Source: an uncultured Coriobacteriales bacterium (GTDB lineage Bacteria; Actinomycetota; Coriobacteriia; Coriobacteriales; UMGS124). From it: 64,000 nt of DNA. A program made the position numbers and the translations under genes. Location of the stretch: the NCBI GenBank assembly GCA_934636245.1, contig CAKUAI010000004.1, forward strand, positions 131,923 through 195,922, written 5' to 3'. Positions 1-8,518 of this stretch are shown one piece after another. Within the stretch, counting starts at the first letter, position 1; each line of letters opens with the position of its first letter. Under the pieces are notes generated by a model that had not been told where the DNA came from, made no database searches, and worked only from the letters and a program-made list of their open reading frames with translations.

Positions 1-127
1 CGTGCTTGGCCACGACGTGTCTGAGCTGCCGCTCATGGGCGTTCTCAACGACATTCTCGACTCGCTCGGCCTGCCTGAAGATGCGCGTGTGGTGCTTTGC
101 GAGGATTCGCACTGGTCTAGCATCTGA
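1..127 (+). CDS. 3' end of an upstream gene, possibly NIF3/YqfO-family protein (partial, tentative)
   Basis: Frame 2 is open from the window edge (VLGHDVSELPLMGVLNDILDSLGLPEDARVVLCEDSHWSSI*) to TGA at 125-127. The GH-x-x-SE stretch resembles the C-terminal metal-ligand motif of NIF3 proteins. NIF3 genes commonly precede COG1579 zinc-ribbon genes. Confidence 0.35.
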   Translation, partial: VLGHDVSELPLMGVLNDILDSLGLPEDARVVLCEDSHWSSI

Positions 128-221
128 TGCGCGTCTGGGCGTGTATCATGTTCCGACTATTGAATGAAATGCCTTTGTAGCCATCCTTGTACACGAAATT
201 GCAGAGAAAGAGGAATCAAGT

Positions 222-932
222 ATGCCGGTCACGACCGATCTTCTCGAGCTTCAGCAGGTTGACTTGCAGATTATGCGCGACCGTAAGGCTATCGACGAGA
301 TTCCCCAGGCAGAGCAGATCAAGGATGTCCGCGGAAGGCTCAAGGAGCTTTCCAAGAAGACCACGAAGATCGTGGGCCTGCTCAAGGATGCCCGCATCGA
401 GGTCGAGGACAACGACGGTCGCCGCCGCACGCTGAGCGCCCGCGTCGAGGAAGTCAAGCGCGACAGCGAGGCTTCTGATGACTTCCGTCTCACTCAGAGC
501 TATAAGGCCGAGCTCGACCGTCTGGCCAAGCGCCTTGAGAAGGTCGATTTCAACCAGAAGAAGGCTAAGGCTGAGCTCGAGCGCCTCGAGGGCCTCTATC
601 GCCAGGCTTCTGCCATCAAGGCCCAGCTCGAGGCCAAGGAGGCCGAGCTCGTCGAGGCCTTCAAGAAGAGCGCCAACGACCTGCGTGAGGACCTTACCCG
701 TCTTGTCGCCCGCCGCGAGACGCTGCAGCAGGCCATTCCCGCAGACCTTCTCGAACGCTACCGTGTCTCCTGCGCCCAGCACAACCTCGTGGGTATCTGC
801 AAGCTCGAGGACCACACGTGCACGGGCTGCCGCGTTGAGCTTCAGCAGTCTCAGTACGAGCAGCTCATCAAGGGCGACAGCCTTGCCGTGTGCCCGGTGT
901 GCGGTCGAATGATGGTCGTGCACGGCGCATAA
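222..932 (+). CDS. Coiled-coil / C4 zinc-ribbon protein (COG1579, DUF164-like)
   Basis: 236-aa ORF with AGAGGAA upstream of the ATG. It has a long heptad-rich coiled-coil region followed by a C-terminal CTGC...CPVC zinc ribbon (HTCTGCRVELQQ...AVCPVCGRMM). Confidence 0.75.
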   Translation: MPVTTDLLELQQVDLQIMRDRKAIDEIPQAEQIKDVRGRLKELSKKTTKIVGLLKDARIEVEDNDGRRRTLSARVEEVKRDSEASDDFRLTQSYKAELDRLAKRLEKVDFNQKKAKAELERLEGLYRQASAIKAQLEAKEAELVEAFKKSANDLREDLTRLVARRETLQQAIPADLLERYRVSCAQHNLVGICKLEDHTCTGCRVELQQSQYEQLIKGDSLAVCPVCGRMMVVHGA

Positions 933-976
933 GGCCTCCTGCCTTTAGAGTGCCTGCGTAGATTCATGCCGCGAGG

Positions 977-1006
977 TTGACCAAAAACGCACCGAGAACG
1001 TACAAT
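977..1006 (+). promoter_or_regulatory. Candidate sigma-70-type promoter upstream of rny
   Basis: TTGACC (977-982), an 18-nt spacer, then TACAAT (1001-1006), in the 256-nt gap before rny. No experimental support. Confidence 0.35.
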
Positions 1007-1187
1007 CGTCTAGCATTTGTGACTTCTCTCGTTTTAGACGAGTTTTGGATATAGAACGGTCAAAACTTCATCTAATTCATCAGGGTGTTCACGATGCCGG
1101 ACGTTTTGCGTGCGGCATGTCGGTGTTGGCATGTGCTCGCCTTTCGTCCGTTTTGCATAACAGCCAAACGAAGCCGGGAGGTAGCAC

Positions 1188-2759
1188 ATGGACGCTATGT
1201 ACGTTGTCGTTGCGATCGCTGCAGCGGTCATTGGTGCGGCTCTCGCCCTGCTTTTCGCCGCTAAGAGCGCAAGCGGCAAGCTCACTCAGGCAAAGTCCGA
1301 GGCCGATCAGGTACTCGACGGCGCAAAAAAGCAGGCCGAGACCATCAAGAAGGAAGCGGAAATTTCCGCCAAGGAAGAGGTCTTCCGCATTAGGCAGACC
1401 GCCGATTCCGAGATTCTCGAGAAGAAGAAGGCATCCGAGGCTGAGGCGGCCCAGCGTGCCGGCGAAATTCGCGAGCGCGAGAGCCGCCTGCTTCAGCGCG
1501 AGGAGTCCCTCGACCGTCGCTCCGACTCGCTCGACAAGAAGGAGCACCAGCTCTCCAGCGAGGCTGGCCAGATTGAGAAGCGCGCCCGCGACGTCGAGGA
1601 GCTCGAGCGCAAGCACACTTCCGAACTCGAGCGCATCAGCGGCCTCACCACCGACGAGGCCCACAAGGAGCTGCTCGATCGCGTTCGCGACGATGTGACG
1701 CGCCAGAGCGCCACTATCATCCGCGAGAGCGAGCAGCGCACGCGCATCGAGTGCGAGAGCACCGCTCGCCGCATTCTTGCCACCGCCATCCAGCGTTGCG
1801 CCTCCGACCACGTCGGCGAAGTCACGCTCACCACGGTGCACATTCCTTCCGATGACCTCAAGGGCCGCATCATCGGCCGCGAGGGCCGCAACATCCGCAC
1901 TTTCGAGCAGATGACCGGCGTGAACCTCATCATCGACGACACGCCCGAGACCGTGCAGCTCTCTAGCTTCGACCCGGTCCGTCGCGAGATCGCTCGCGTC
2001 ACCCTCGAGAACCTCATTGCCGACGGTCGCATCCATCCGGCGCGTATCGAGGAGCTCTTCAACAAGGCCACCGATCAGGTGAACGCCAAGGTGCTCGAGG
2101 CTGGCGAGCAGGCCTGCTTCGACCTCGAGGTCAACGACATTCACCCCGAGCTCGTGAGGACCCTGGGTGCCCTGCGTTACCGCACCTCGTACGGCCAGAA
2201 CGTCCTCAACCACTCCGTTGAGGTTGCCCGCATGTGCGAGATCATGGCAGACGAGCTCGGTCTCGATTCCTCGCCCTTCAAGCGCGCGGGTCTTCTGCAC
2301 GACATCGGCAAGGCCATTGACCATCGCGTCGAGGGTCCCCATGCCGTCATCGGCGCCGACCTTGCCCGCAAGTACGGCGAGGCTCCCACCATCGTGCACG
2401 CCATCGAGGCTCACCACAACGACGTCGACCCCACAAGCGTGCTCGACGTGCTCGTTCAGGCCGCCGACGCCTGCTCTGCTGCTCGTCCCGGCGCCCGTCG
2501 TGAGTCCGCCGAGACCTACATCAAGCGTCTTGAGAAGCTTGAGGAGATCTCGAACTCGCATCCCGGCGTCGAGCGCACCTACGCCATGCAGGCCGGTCGC
2601 GAGATTCGCGTCATGGTCAAGCCCGAGGAGATTTCCGATGCCGCTGCCGTCGTCCTCGCGCATGACATCGCGACCGAGATCGAGAACCAGATGGAGTATC
2701 CCGGCCAGGTAAAGGTCGTGGTCATTCGCGAAAGCAGGGCTTGCGACATTGCCAAGTAA
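1188..2759 (+). CDS. rny: Ribonuclease Y
   Basis: GGGAGG RBS. N-terminal TM helix (VVVAIAAAVIGAALALLFAA), a long charged coiled coil, a KH region (GRIIGREGRNIRTFE), an HD domain (LLHDIGKAIDH...HH) and the typical C-terminus REIRVMV...PGQVKV. Confidence 0.95.
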   Translation: MDAMYVVVAIAAAVIGAALALLFAAKSASGKLTQAKSEADQVLDGAKKQAETIKKEAEISAKEEVFRIRQTADSEILEKKKASEAEAAQRAGEIRERESRLLQREESLDRRSDSLDKKEHQLSSEAGQIEKRARDVEELERKHTSELERISGLTTDEAHKELLDRVRDDVTRQSATIIRESEQRTRIECESTARRILATAIQRCASDHVGEVTLTTVHIPSDDLKGRIIGREGRNIRTFEQMTGVNLIIDDTPETVQLSSFDPVRREIARVTLENLIADGRIHPARIEELFNKATDQVNAKVLEAGEQACFDLEVNDIHPELVRTLGALRYRTSYGQNVLNHSVEVARMCEIMADELGLDSSPFKRAGLLHDIGKAIDHRVEGPHAVIGADLARKYGEAPTIVHAIEAHHNDVDPTSVLDVLVQAADACSAARPGARRESAETYIKRLEKLEEISNSHPGVERTYAMQAGREIRVMVKPEEISDAAAVVLAHDIATEIENQMEYPGQVKVVVIRESRACDIAK

Positions 2760-3852
2760 TGAAGCCAGCCGTACCGACGGTCTGACCTCATTTATCGAAA
2801 ACGTGTTAGGTGACGAATCCCTGCGCATCGAGGAACGTCTCGGCGCAGGGTTCGTTCGTTTAAAGGTATCTGAGGCCGAGCGTCGCCAGGCAAAACAAGA
2901 CATCCAGTACGTTGAGGACGCTGTTTGCGAGATGGTGCGTAACTCTCGCGACGCCCATGCCCAGCATGTGTTTGTGGCCAGCACCCGCGATGGTGCCCGC
3001 CGCAACCTCATTGTCATCGACGATGGCGATGGCGTGCCCTCCTCCATTGCCGAGAAGGTCTTTGACCCGCGCGTCACAAGCAAGCTTGAGTCCATGCACA
3101 TGGACCGCTGGGGTGTGCACGGCAGGGGCATGGCACTCTATTCCATCCGCCAAAATGCCCTTGAGAGCCGCATTGTCTGCTCCGAGAAGGGCAAAGGCTG
3201 CGTCATCAGCGTCGCCTTCGACACTACGGTCGTTCCCGAGCGCGCCGACCAGTCCACGCTGCCCACGCTTGTCGAGCAACCCGAGACACCCGTCGCGCCA
3301 GATGCCACAGTCGACAAGACGCGCGGACCCCATAACATCTTGCGCACTGTTGCCGACATCGCGCTTGACTGCCCCACATCCCAACGTTTCTTTGTGGGCA
3401 GCCCTGCTGAGGTTTTGGCCACGCTTGTTGCACAAGGGCGCAAATACCTCGCCGCTTACCCTACAGTTGAGCGTGAGGGATGTGCCTTCTGGCTTCTCCC
3501 GGCATTTGCAACCACGCCCCTCGAGCTGCAGCAGGCGGCCGAGACGCTGGGTATCACTGTTTCCCAACGCAGCTGCTATCGCATTCTCAACTTTGAGGTC
3601 AATCCCCTGAACGAGATTCGCCGTTTGCTTGTTGGCGATAGCGCGCCGCAAAAGCCGGTCCAGGTCGACCTCTTCCAAGACCGCCGCAAGCTCAAGATCT
3701 CGCGCGAGGACACCGAGGAGTTTGCTTCCCTCATGGCACGCGATTTTGAGATGCTGGCCGAGCGCTATTACCTCGACTTGGCGGGAGACGTCAAAGTACG
3801 CGTCGCGCAGGACAAGGTGGTCGTGACCTTTCCGATTTCCAAACAGCTCTAA
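2749..3852 (+). CDS. Orphan GHKL-superfamily ATPase domain protein with uncharacterised C-terminal half
   Basis: N-box EMVRNSRDA, G1 VIDDGDGV and G2 GVHGRGMAL occur in the canonical order. No ATG precedes the ATPase core. TTG at 2749 overlaps the rny stop by 11 nt and GTG at 2803 is the alternative, so the start is uncertain. Confidence 0.65.
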   Translation: MPSNEASRTDGLTSFIENVLGDESLRIEERLGAGFVRLKVSEAERRQAKQDIQYVEDAVCEMVRNSRDAHAQHVFVASTRDGARRNLIVIDDGDGVPSSIAEKVFDPRVTSKLESMHMDRWGVHGRGMALYSIRQNALESRIVCSEKGKGCVISVAFDTTVVPERADQSTLPTLVEQPETPVAPDATVDKTRGPHNILRTVADIALDCPTSQRFFVGSPAEVLATLVAQGRKYLAAYPTVEREGCAFWLLPAFATTPLELQQAAETLGITVSQRSCYRILNFEVNPLNEIRRLLVGDSAPQKPVQVDLFQDRRKLKISREDTEEFASLMARDFEMLAERYYLDLAGDVKVRVAQDKVVVTFPISKQL

Positions 3853-3917
3853 CTGGCCCATAGGCTACAATCGACCCGCTCGTTTTGAGCCTCATCTTTT
3901 ATCGTACAGGAGCCCCC

Positions 3918-5324
3918 ATGCCCTTCTCCTCTCACCCCGAAGAAGCAATGATCGCCAACTCCATGCAGCCCTTGAGCGGCAGCACCTATCTCGTCCGTGC
4001 CTTTGGCTGCCAGATGAACTTCCATGATGCCGAGCGCGTGCGCGGTATGCTGGAGACGGCTGGCTCGCTTGAGGTCTCCGAAATTGAGGAAGCCGACATC
4101 GTCGTCTTCCTTACTTGCTGCGTGCGCGAGGCTGCCGACACGAGGTTGTACGGCCAGGTGCAGTCCATGCGCAACATTCCCCCACGCGAGGGAAGCGAGC
4201 GTCGTATCGTGGCCGTGGGCGGCTGCATTGGCCAGCGCGACGGCGACAAGCTCTTCGACATCCTGGGCAATGTCGACATCGTTTTTGGCACCCATACCAT
4301 CCACCGTCTTCCCGACCTGCTTTCGGCTGCTCTTGCTGGCGAGGGCCATTGCATTGCCATCGCTGAGACCGACGAGGACGGCGTGTGCGCCAGCGACCTG
4401 CCTTCCAAGCGCGACGACGCCTTCCATGCCTGGGTGCCCATCACCTATGGCTGCAACAACTTCTGCACCTACTGCATCGTGCCCTACGTGCGCGGTCGCG
4501 AGCGTAGCCGCGTTTTCGAGGATGTCCTCGAAGAAGTGCATCGCCTGGTAGGGGAGGGCGTCAAAGAAATCACCCTGCTCGGCCAGAACGTGAACTCCTA
4601 TGGTCGCGACCTGTATGGCGCCCCGCGCTTTGCCGAGCTTCTGCGCGAGGTGGGCAACAGCGGCATCGAGCGCCTGCGCTTTGCCACGAGCCACCCTAAG
4701 GACCTCTCCGACGCGACCATCGCTGCCATGGCCGAGGTCAAGTCTGTGATGCCGGCACTCCATCTGCCCGCGCAGTCCGGCTCTTCCCGCATCCTCAAGA
4801 TGATGAACCGCACCTACGACCGCGAGGCGTACCTGCAGCTTGTTGACAAGATCAAGGCCGCCGTTCCTGGCATCGCCCTTTCCACAGACCTCATCGTCGG
4901 CTTCCCCGGCGAGACTGAGGAGGACTTCCTGCAGACCATGTCCCTCGTCGAGCAGGTGGGCTACTCCCAGACCTTCACGTTCATCTACTCCAAGCGCGCC
5001 GGCACCCCTGCCGCCGAGATGGTGGACGACACGCCGCGCGAGGTCATCCAGGACCGCTTCGACCGTCTCGTAACCGTTGTGCAGGACTGCGCATACAAGG
5101 CCAATCAGGCCGAGCTCGACCAGGTCGTGCCGGTTTTGGTCGAAGGTGTCTCCAAGCGCGACGAGTCGATGCTGTCCGGTCGCAGCCCCAAGAACCAGAC
5201 CGTGCACGCCCCCATTCCTGCCGGCAAGACCATCGACGATTACATCGGAACGATCGTCGACGTGCATGTGGATGAGGCCCGCACCTGGTACCTGCGCGGC
5301 CAGCTCGTGGGCGAGACGCTCTAG
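3918..5324 (+). CDS. miaB: tRNA-i6A37 methylthiotransferase MiaB
   Basis: AGGAG lies 6 nt before the ATG at 3918 (the ORF track starts at TTG 3885). N-terminal MTTase motif FGCQMN, radical-SAM CNNFCTYCIVP and a C-terminal TRAM-like segment. miaA follows directly. Confidence 0.92.
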   Translation: MPFSSHPEEAMIANSMQPLSGSTYLVRAFGCQMNFHDAERVRGMLETAGSLEVSEIEEADIVVFLTCCVREAADTRLYGQVQSMRNIPPREGSERRIVAVGGCIGQRDGDKLFDILGNVDIVFGTHTIHRLPDLLSAALAGEGHCIAIAETDEDGVCASDLPSKRDDAFHAWVPITYGCNNFCTYCIVPYVRGRERSRVFEDVLEEVHRLVGEGVKEITLLGQNVNSYGRDLYGAPRFAELLREVGNSGIERLRFATSHPKDLSDATIAAMAEVKSVMPALHLPAQSGSSRILKMMNRTYDREAYLQLVDKIKAAVPGIALSTDLIVGFPGETEEDFLQTMSLVEQVGYSQTFTFIYSKRAGTPAAEMVDDTPREVIQDRFDRLVTVVQDCAYKANQAELDQVVPVLVEGVSKRDESMLSGRSPKNQTVHAPIPAGKTIDDYIGTIVDVHVDEARTWYLRGQLVGETL

Positions 5325-5342
5325 GTTGAGAGTCTGCGTATC

Positions 5343-6290
5343 ATGAGCGCCTATCGGGTCATATCGGTTGTCGGTCCCACGGCAAGCGGAAAGTCCTCGC
5401 TTGCCGATGCCCTGTGCCTGCGTCTGGGCGGCGAGGTTGTTTCCGCCGACTCCATGCAGGTCTATCGCGGGATGGACACCGGCACGGCAAAGACGCCCGT
5501 TTCTGAGCGTCGCGTGCCGCTGCACTGCATCGACCTTGTAGATATCGGCCAGCCTTATTCGGCGGCCGTCTTCGCCCAGGACTCCCATGCCTGCATTGAC
5601 GGGCTCCTTGCGCGTGACGTGCTGCCCGTTGTTTGCGGCGGCACCGGTCTGTACGTGCGCGCCGCACTTGAGGACATGGGCTTTCCCGAGGGCGAACAGG
5701 TGGAAAACCCTGTTCGTGAGCATTACGAGGCTCTCGCCGCACAGATGGGGAACGACGCTTTCCACGAGTTGCTGCAGTCCAAGGATCCGTGCAGCGCCGC
5801 GCTCATCCATCCAAACAACGTGCGTCGCGTTGTGCGTGCGTTTGAGTTGCTTGAGCAGGGAAGCTCGTATGCCCAGGAGCATGCGACCCTCCATGAGCGC
5901 GTCGACCGGTATCCCACGCTTCATGTGGGTCTCACGATGCCTCGCGAGATGCTCTATGAGCGCATCAACCGCCGTGTGGACAAGATGATGGAGCTCGGCC
6001 TTGTCGATGAGGTGCGCGGCCTCATGGACGCCGGCCTTGCCGACACGCTCACCTCGAATCAAGCCATCGGCTACAAGGAGATCATCGCGGCCCTTCGCGG
6101 CGAGACCTCCATGGACGAGGCCGTCGAGGACATCAAGCGCTCTTCGCGCCGTTATGCCAAGCGTCAATACACGTGGTTTAATGCAGACAAGCGCATCCAC
6201 TGGTTCGATGCGAGCCAGATGGGGGAGGATGAACTCGTAGACCGCGTTGTCGGCCTTTTCAGCGAACCTGGTGTCCAGCAGGCTCTGTAA
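5343..6290 (+). CDS. miaA: tRNA dimethylallyltransferase MiaA
   Basis: P-loop GPTASGKS, SADSMQVYRGMDTGTAK, and the typical C-terminal RRYAKRQ-TWF motif. Confidence 0.93.
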   Translation: MSAYRVISVVGPTASGKSSLADALCLRLGGEVVSADSMQVYRGMDTGTAKTPVSERRVPLHCIDLVDIGQPYSAAVFAQDSHACIDGLLARDVLPVVCGGTGLYVRAALEDMGFPEGEQVENPVREHYEALAAQMGNDAFHELLQSKDPCSAALIHPNNVRRVVRAFELLEQGSSYAQEHATLHERVDRYPTLHVGLTMPREMLYERINRRVDKMMELGLVDEVRGLMDAGLADTLTSNQAIGYKEIIAALRGETSMDEAVEDIKRSSRRYAKRQYTWFNADKRIHWFDASQMGEDELVDRVVGLFSEPGVQQAL

Positions 6291-6302
6291 GGAGTGATTG
6301 CT

Positions 6303-7604
6303 ATGCCATATAACGGACCGTTTGACACGGCGCGTGCGCAGGAGCGCTGCATTCTCGTGGGTATCGATACCCCTCAGTCTGCCTGGGACCTCGAGGCTTC
6401 GCTTGAGGAGCTCTCGCGTCTGGCCGAGACGGCGGGCGCCCAGACGGTGGGGGAGCTGACCCAAAAGCTCGACCATCCCTATGCAAAGACCTACCTCGGC
6501 TCAGGCAAGGTGCTTGAGCTGCGCGACCTCGCACAGAGCTGCAATGCCGACGTCATCATCTTCGATGCTGAGCTGTCGCCTTCTCAGCAGGCAAACATCG
6601 AGCGTATCCTGGGAATGAAGTACAAGGTCATCGACCGTACGGCGCTCATCCTCGACATCTTCGGCCTGCATGCCAAGACCCATGAGGGCAAGCTGCAGGT
6701 GCAGATGGCCCAGCTGCAGTACCTCTATCCGCGTCTGCGCGGCATGTGGGCCCACCTTGCCAAGGACAGGACGCGCGGTGGCATCGGTTCGCGCTTTGGC
6801 CAGGGCGAAAGCCAGCTTGAGGTCGACCGTCGTCTTATTCGCGACCGCATCTCCGTGCTGCGTCGTGAGCTTGCCAGCATTGCCTCCAACCGCGATGTGC
6901 AGCGTAAAGAACGCACCTCCTCCGACGTTTTCCGCGTTGCCCTGGCGGGTTACACCAACGCCGGCAAGTCGACGCTACTCAATCGCCTCACCGATGCCGG
7001 GGTGTACGTGCAGGATCAGCTCTTCGCCACGCTTGACCCCACAACGAGGGTCTTTGTACTGCCGGGCGGCAAGACGACTACCATTACCGACACGGTTGGC
7101 TTTGTACGCAAGCTGCCGCACACCCTCGTGGAGTCGTTTAAGTCGACGCTCGCCGAGGTTGCCGATGCCCATCTCATCCTGCATGTGGTGGACGGCAACG
7201 ACCCGCATCTTGTCGAGCAACTTGCGGCTGTTGAAGAGGTTCTCAAACAGATCAAGGCCGACGGCATCGACCGTCTGCTGGTCTTCAACAAGTGCGACCT
7301 GCTTGAGCCTGAGCGTGCCGCTGAACTTCGTGAAAGCTATCCTGACGCCATCTTTGTCTCAGCGGTTACAGGCGAGGGGATTGAGGACCTCGTTGCCAAC
7401 CTTGCCAAGCAAGCCGCCTTGCGCGACGAGCACCTGAAGGTCCTCATTCCGTACGGCCAGGGCTCGCTGCTGTCTGACTGCCACAAGTACGGCCATATTG
7501 TGTACGAGGAGTATGTGCCTGAGGGCACCCTGCTCGAGGCTGTGCTGCCCGCAAGCGTCGCCAACCGGGCCCGCACCTTTGTGGTGGATGAGGCTGTGGA
7601 GTAA
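6303..7604 (+). CDS. hflX: GTPase HflX
   Basis: GGAG lies 8 nt before the ATG at 6303 (the ORF track starts at GTG 6294). HflX N-domain (LQVQMAQLQYLYPRL), G1 GYTNAGKST, G3 DTVGF and G4 NKCD. Confidence 0.93.
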   Translation: MPYNGPFDTARAQERCILVGIDTPQSAWDLEASLEELSRLAETAGAQTVGELTQKLDHPYAKTYLGSGKVLELRDLAQSCNADVIIFDAELSPSQQANIERILGMKYKVIDRTALILDIFGLHAKTHEGKLQVQMAQLQYLYPRLRGMWAHLAKDRTRGGIGSRFGQGESQLEVDRRLIRDRISVLRRELASIASNRDVQRKERTSSDVFRVALAGYTNAGKSTLLNRLTDAGVYVQDQLFATLDPTTRVFVLPGGKTTTITDTVGFVRKLPHTLVESFKSTLAEVADAHLILHVVDGNDPHLVEQLAAVEEVLKQIKADGIDRLLVFNKCDLLEPERAAELRESYPDAIFVSAVTGEGIEDLVANLAKQAALRDEHLKVLIPYGQGSLLSDCHKYGHIVYEEYVPEGTLLEAVLPASVANRARTFVVDEAVE

Positions 7605-7650
7605 CCCCGTACCGTGGGTCGGATATGACTTGCATAAGGCCTGAAATGAT

Positions 7651-7707
7651 TGAAATCCGCCGCAGCTCGTGCGTCACAAATATAAGCTGCGGCGGATTTC
7701 ATTTTGT
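7651..7707. terminator. Bidirectional intrinsic terminator between convergent hflX and lexA
   Basis: Perfect 17-bp inverted repeat TGAAATCCGCCGCAGCT (7651-7667) / AGCTGCGGCGGATTTCA (7685-7701) with a 17-nt loop. TTTTGT follows on the plus strand. Confidence 0.6.
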
Positions 7708-7739
7708 ATGGTGCACACTGGGCTTATTGCCTTGCGAGT

Positions 7740-8384
7740 CTACATGGTGCGGATGAGGGCCACCACGCGTCCCAGGATGCGCGGGTTTCGCGCGTAGATG
7801 GGCCGCATCGTGGGGTTTTCGGGCTGCAGACGCACGGTGTCGCGCTCTCGATAGAAGGTCTTGACGGTGGCCTCGTCTTCGAGTTGCGCGACAACAATCT
7901 CGCCGCTTACGGCATCAGGCTGCTGTTTGACCACGACGTAGTCGCCGTTGAATATGCCGGCACCGATCATCGAGTCGCCTTTGACCTTGAGGATAAACGA
8001 CGCTTCGTCGCCCACAAGGCAGCGGGGGAGCGTCATGTACTCCTCCACGTTGCTCACGGCAAGAATCGGCTCCCCTGCAGCCACGCGCCCCAGCAGGGGC
8101 AGCCTCACCATGTTGGCATCGCTTGCAGGCGTTTCCTTGGCGTCGTCGAATGTTTCGGCATCCTGGGTGTGCACGACCTCCAGCGCCCGGGACTTCGACA
8201 GGTTGCGCTTGATATAGCCTCGGTCCTCCAAAACCTGCAGGTGCACATGCACGGTAGACGGGCTTCGCAGGCCCACGGCATCGGCAATTTCGCGTACGCT
8301 TGGTGGATAGCCCTTGGATGCCACTTCTGAGCATATGAAATCGTAAATCTGCTGCTGACGTTTACTAAGCCGCTGAGCTTGCAT
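7740..8384 (-). CDS. lexA: LexA repressor (SOS regulator, S24 peptidase)
   Basis: The start is re-called to the ATG at 8384 (MQAQRLSKRQQQIYDF...), which has GGAGGAA upstream. The ORF-track start at 8441 would overlap the operator. N-terminal wHTH (GYPPSVREIADAVGLRSPSTVHVHL), cleavage region VAAGEPI, and catalytic VKGDSM. Confidence 0.93.
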   Translation of the reverse strand: MQAQRLSKRQQQIYDFICSEVASKGYPPSVREIADAVGLRSPSTVHVHLQVLEDRGYIKRNLSKSRALEVVHTQDAETFDDAKETPASDANMVRLPLLGRVAAGEPILAVSNVEEYMTLPRCLVGDEASFILKVKGDSMIGAGIFNGDYVVVKQQPDAVSGEIVVAQLEDEATVKTFYRERDTVRLQPENPTMRPIYARNPRILGRVVALIRTM

Positions 8385-8400
8385 TGTGCGTTCCTCCAAA

Positions 8401-8416
8401 TCGAACATGTGTTTGA
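8401..8416. promoter_or_regulatory. LexA box 1 (actinobacterial type TCGAAC-N4-GTTCGA, 1 mismatch)
   Basis: TCGAACATGTGTTTGA at 8401-8416. It sits just downstream of the proposed lexA -10 element, over the expected transcription start. Confidence 0.6.
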
Positions 8417-8421
8417 TTTGC

Positions 8422-8451
8422 ACCATAACACGAACATCCATTCGATTTCAA
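8422..8451 (-). promoter_or_regulatory. Candidate lexA promoter
   Basis: On the minus strand: TTGAAA (8451-8446), an 18-nt spacer, then TATGGT (8427-8422). The spacer contains LexA box 2 and box 1 starts 5 nt after the -10. Confidence 0.4.
8430..8445. promoter_or_regulatory. LexA box 2 (2 mismatches to TCGAAC-N4-GTTCGA)
   Basis: ACGAACATCCATTCGA at 8430-8445. It fills the spacer between the proposed lexA -35 and -10 elements. Confidence 0.5.
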
Positions 8452-8455
8452 GGCT

Positions 8456-8485
8456 TTCAATTTCTGTCCCCATGGTCTGGATAAT
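8456..8485 (+). promoter_or_regulatory. Candidate promoter of the LysM gene / nrdR
   Basis: TTCAAT (8456-8461), an 18-nt spacer, then GATAAT (8480-8485). It lies 10 nt downstream of LexA box 2. Confidence 0.3.
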
Positions 8486-8518
8486 GCCCTACATCGACCG
8501 TGAGGAAAGGGGTTTGCC

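Noticed and set aside
933-1187. Possible structured ncRNA (for example RNase P RNA, which lies near NIF3/COG1579 genes in some Actinobacteria) in the 256-nt gap before rny.
   Set aside because: The gap is too short for RNase P RNA and lacks its conserved GAGGAAAGTCC-type core. A plausible promoter (TTGACC-N18-TACAAT) and an ordinary 5' UTR explain the gap.
3849-6476. 875-aa minus-strand ORF spanning miaB-miaA, and a 680-aa ORF (1089-3131) antisense to rny.
   Set aside because: The same high-GC artefact applies. The sense strands encode MiaB, MiaA and RNase Y with full motif sets, and the antisense translations have no recognisable domains or RBS.
8385-8441. ORF-track N-terminal extensions: lexA to 8441, FHA gene to 17470, rimO to 24423, rpsO to 35348, rpsT to 43989, efp to 47529, sigma factor to 55745.
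   Set aside because: The extensions overlap upstream genes or operators, lack an RBS and add non-homologous residues. Internal starts with purine-rich Shine-Dalgarno sequences give canonical protein N-termini.
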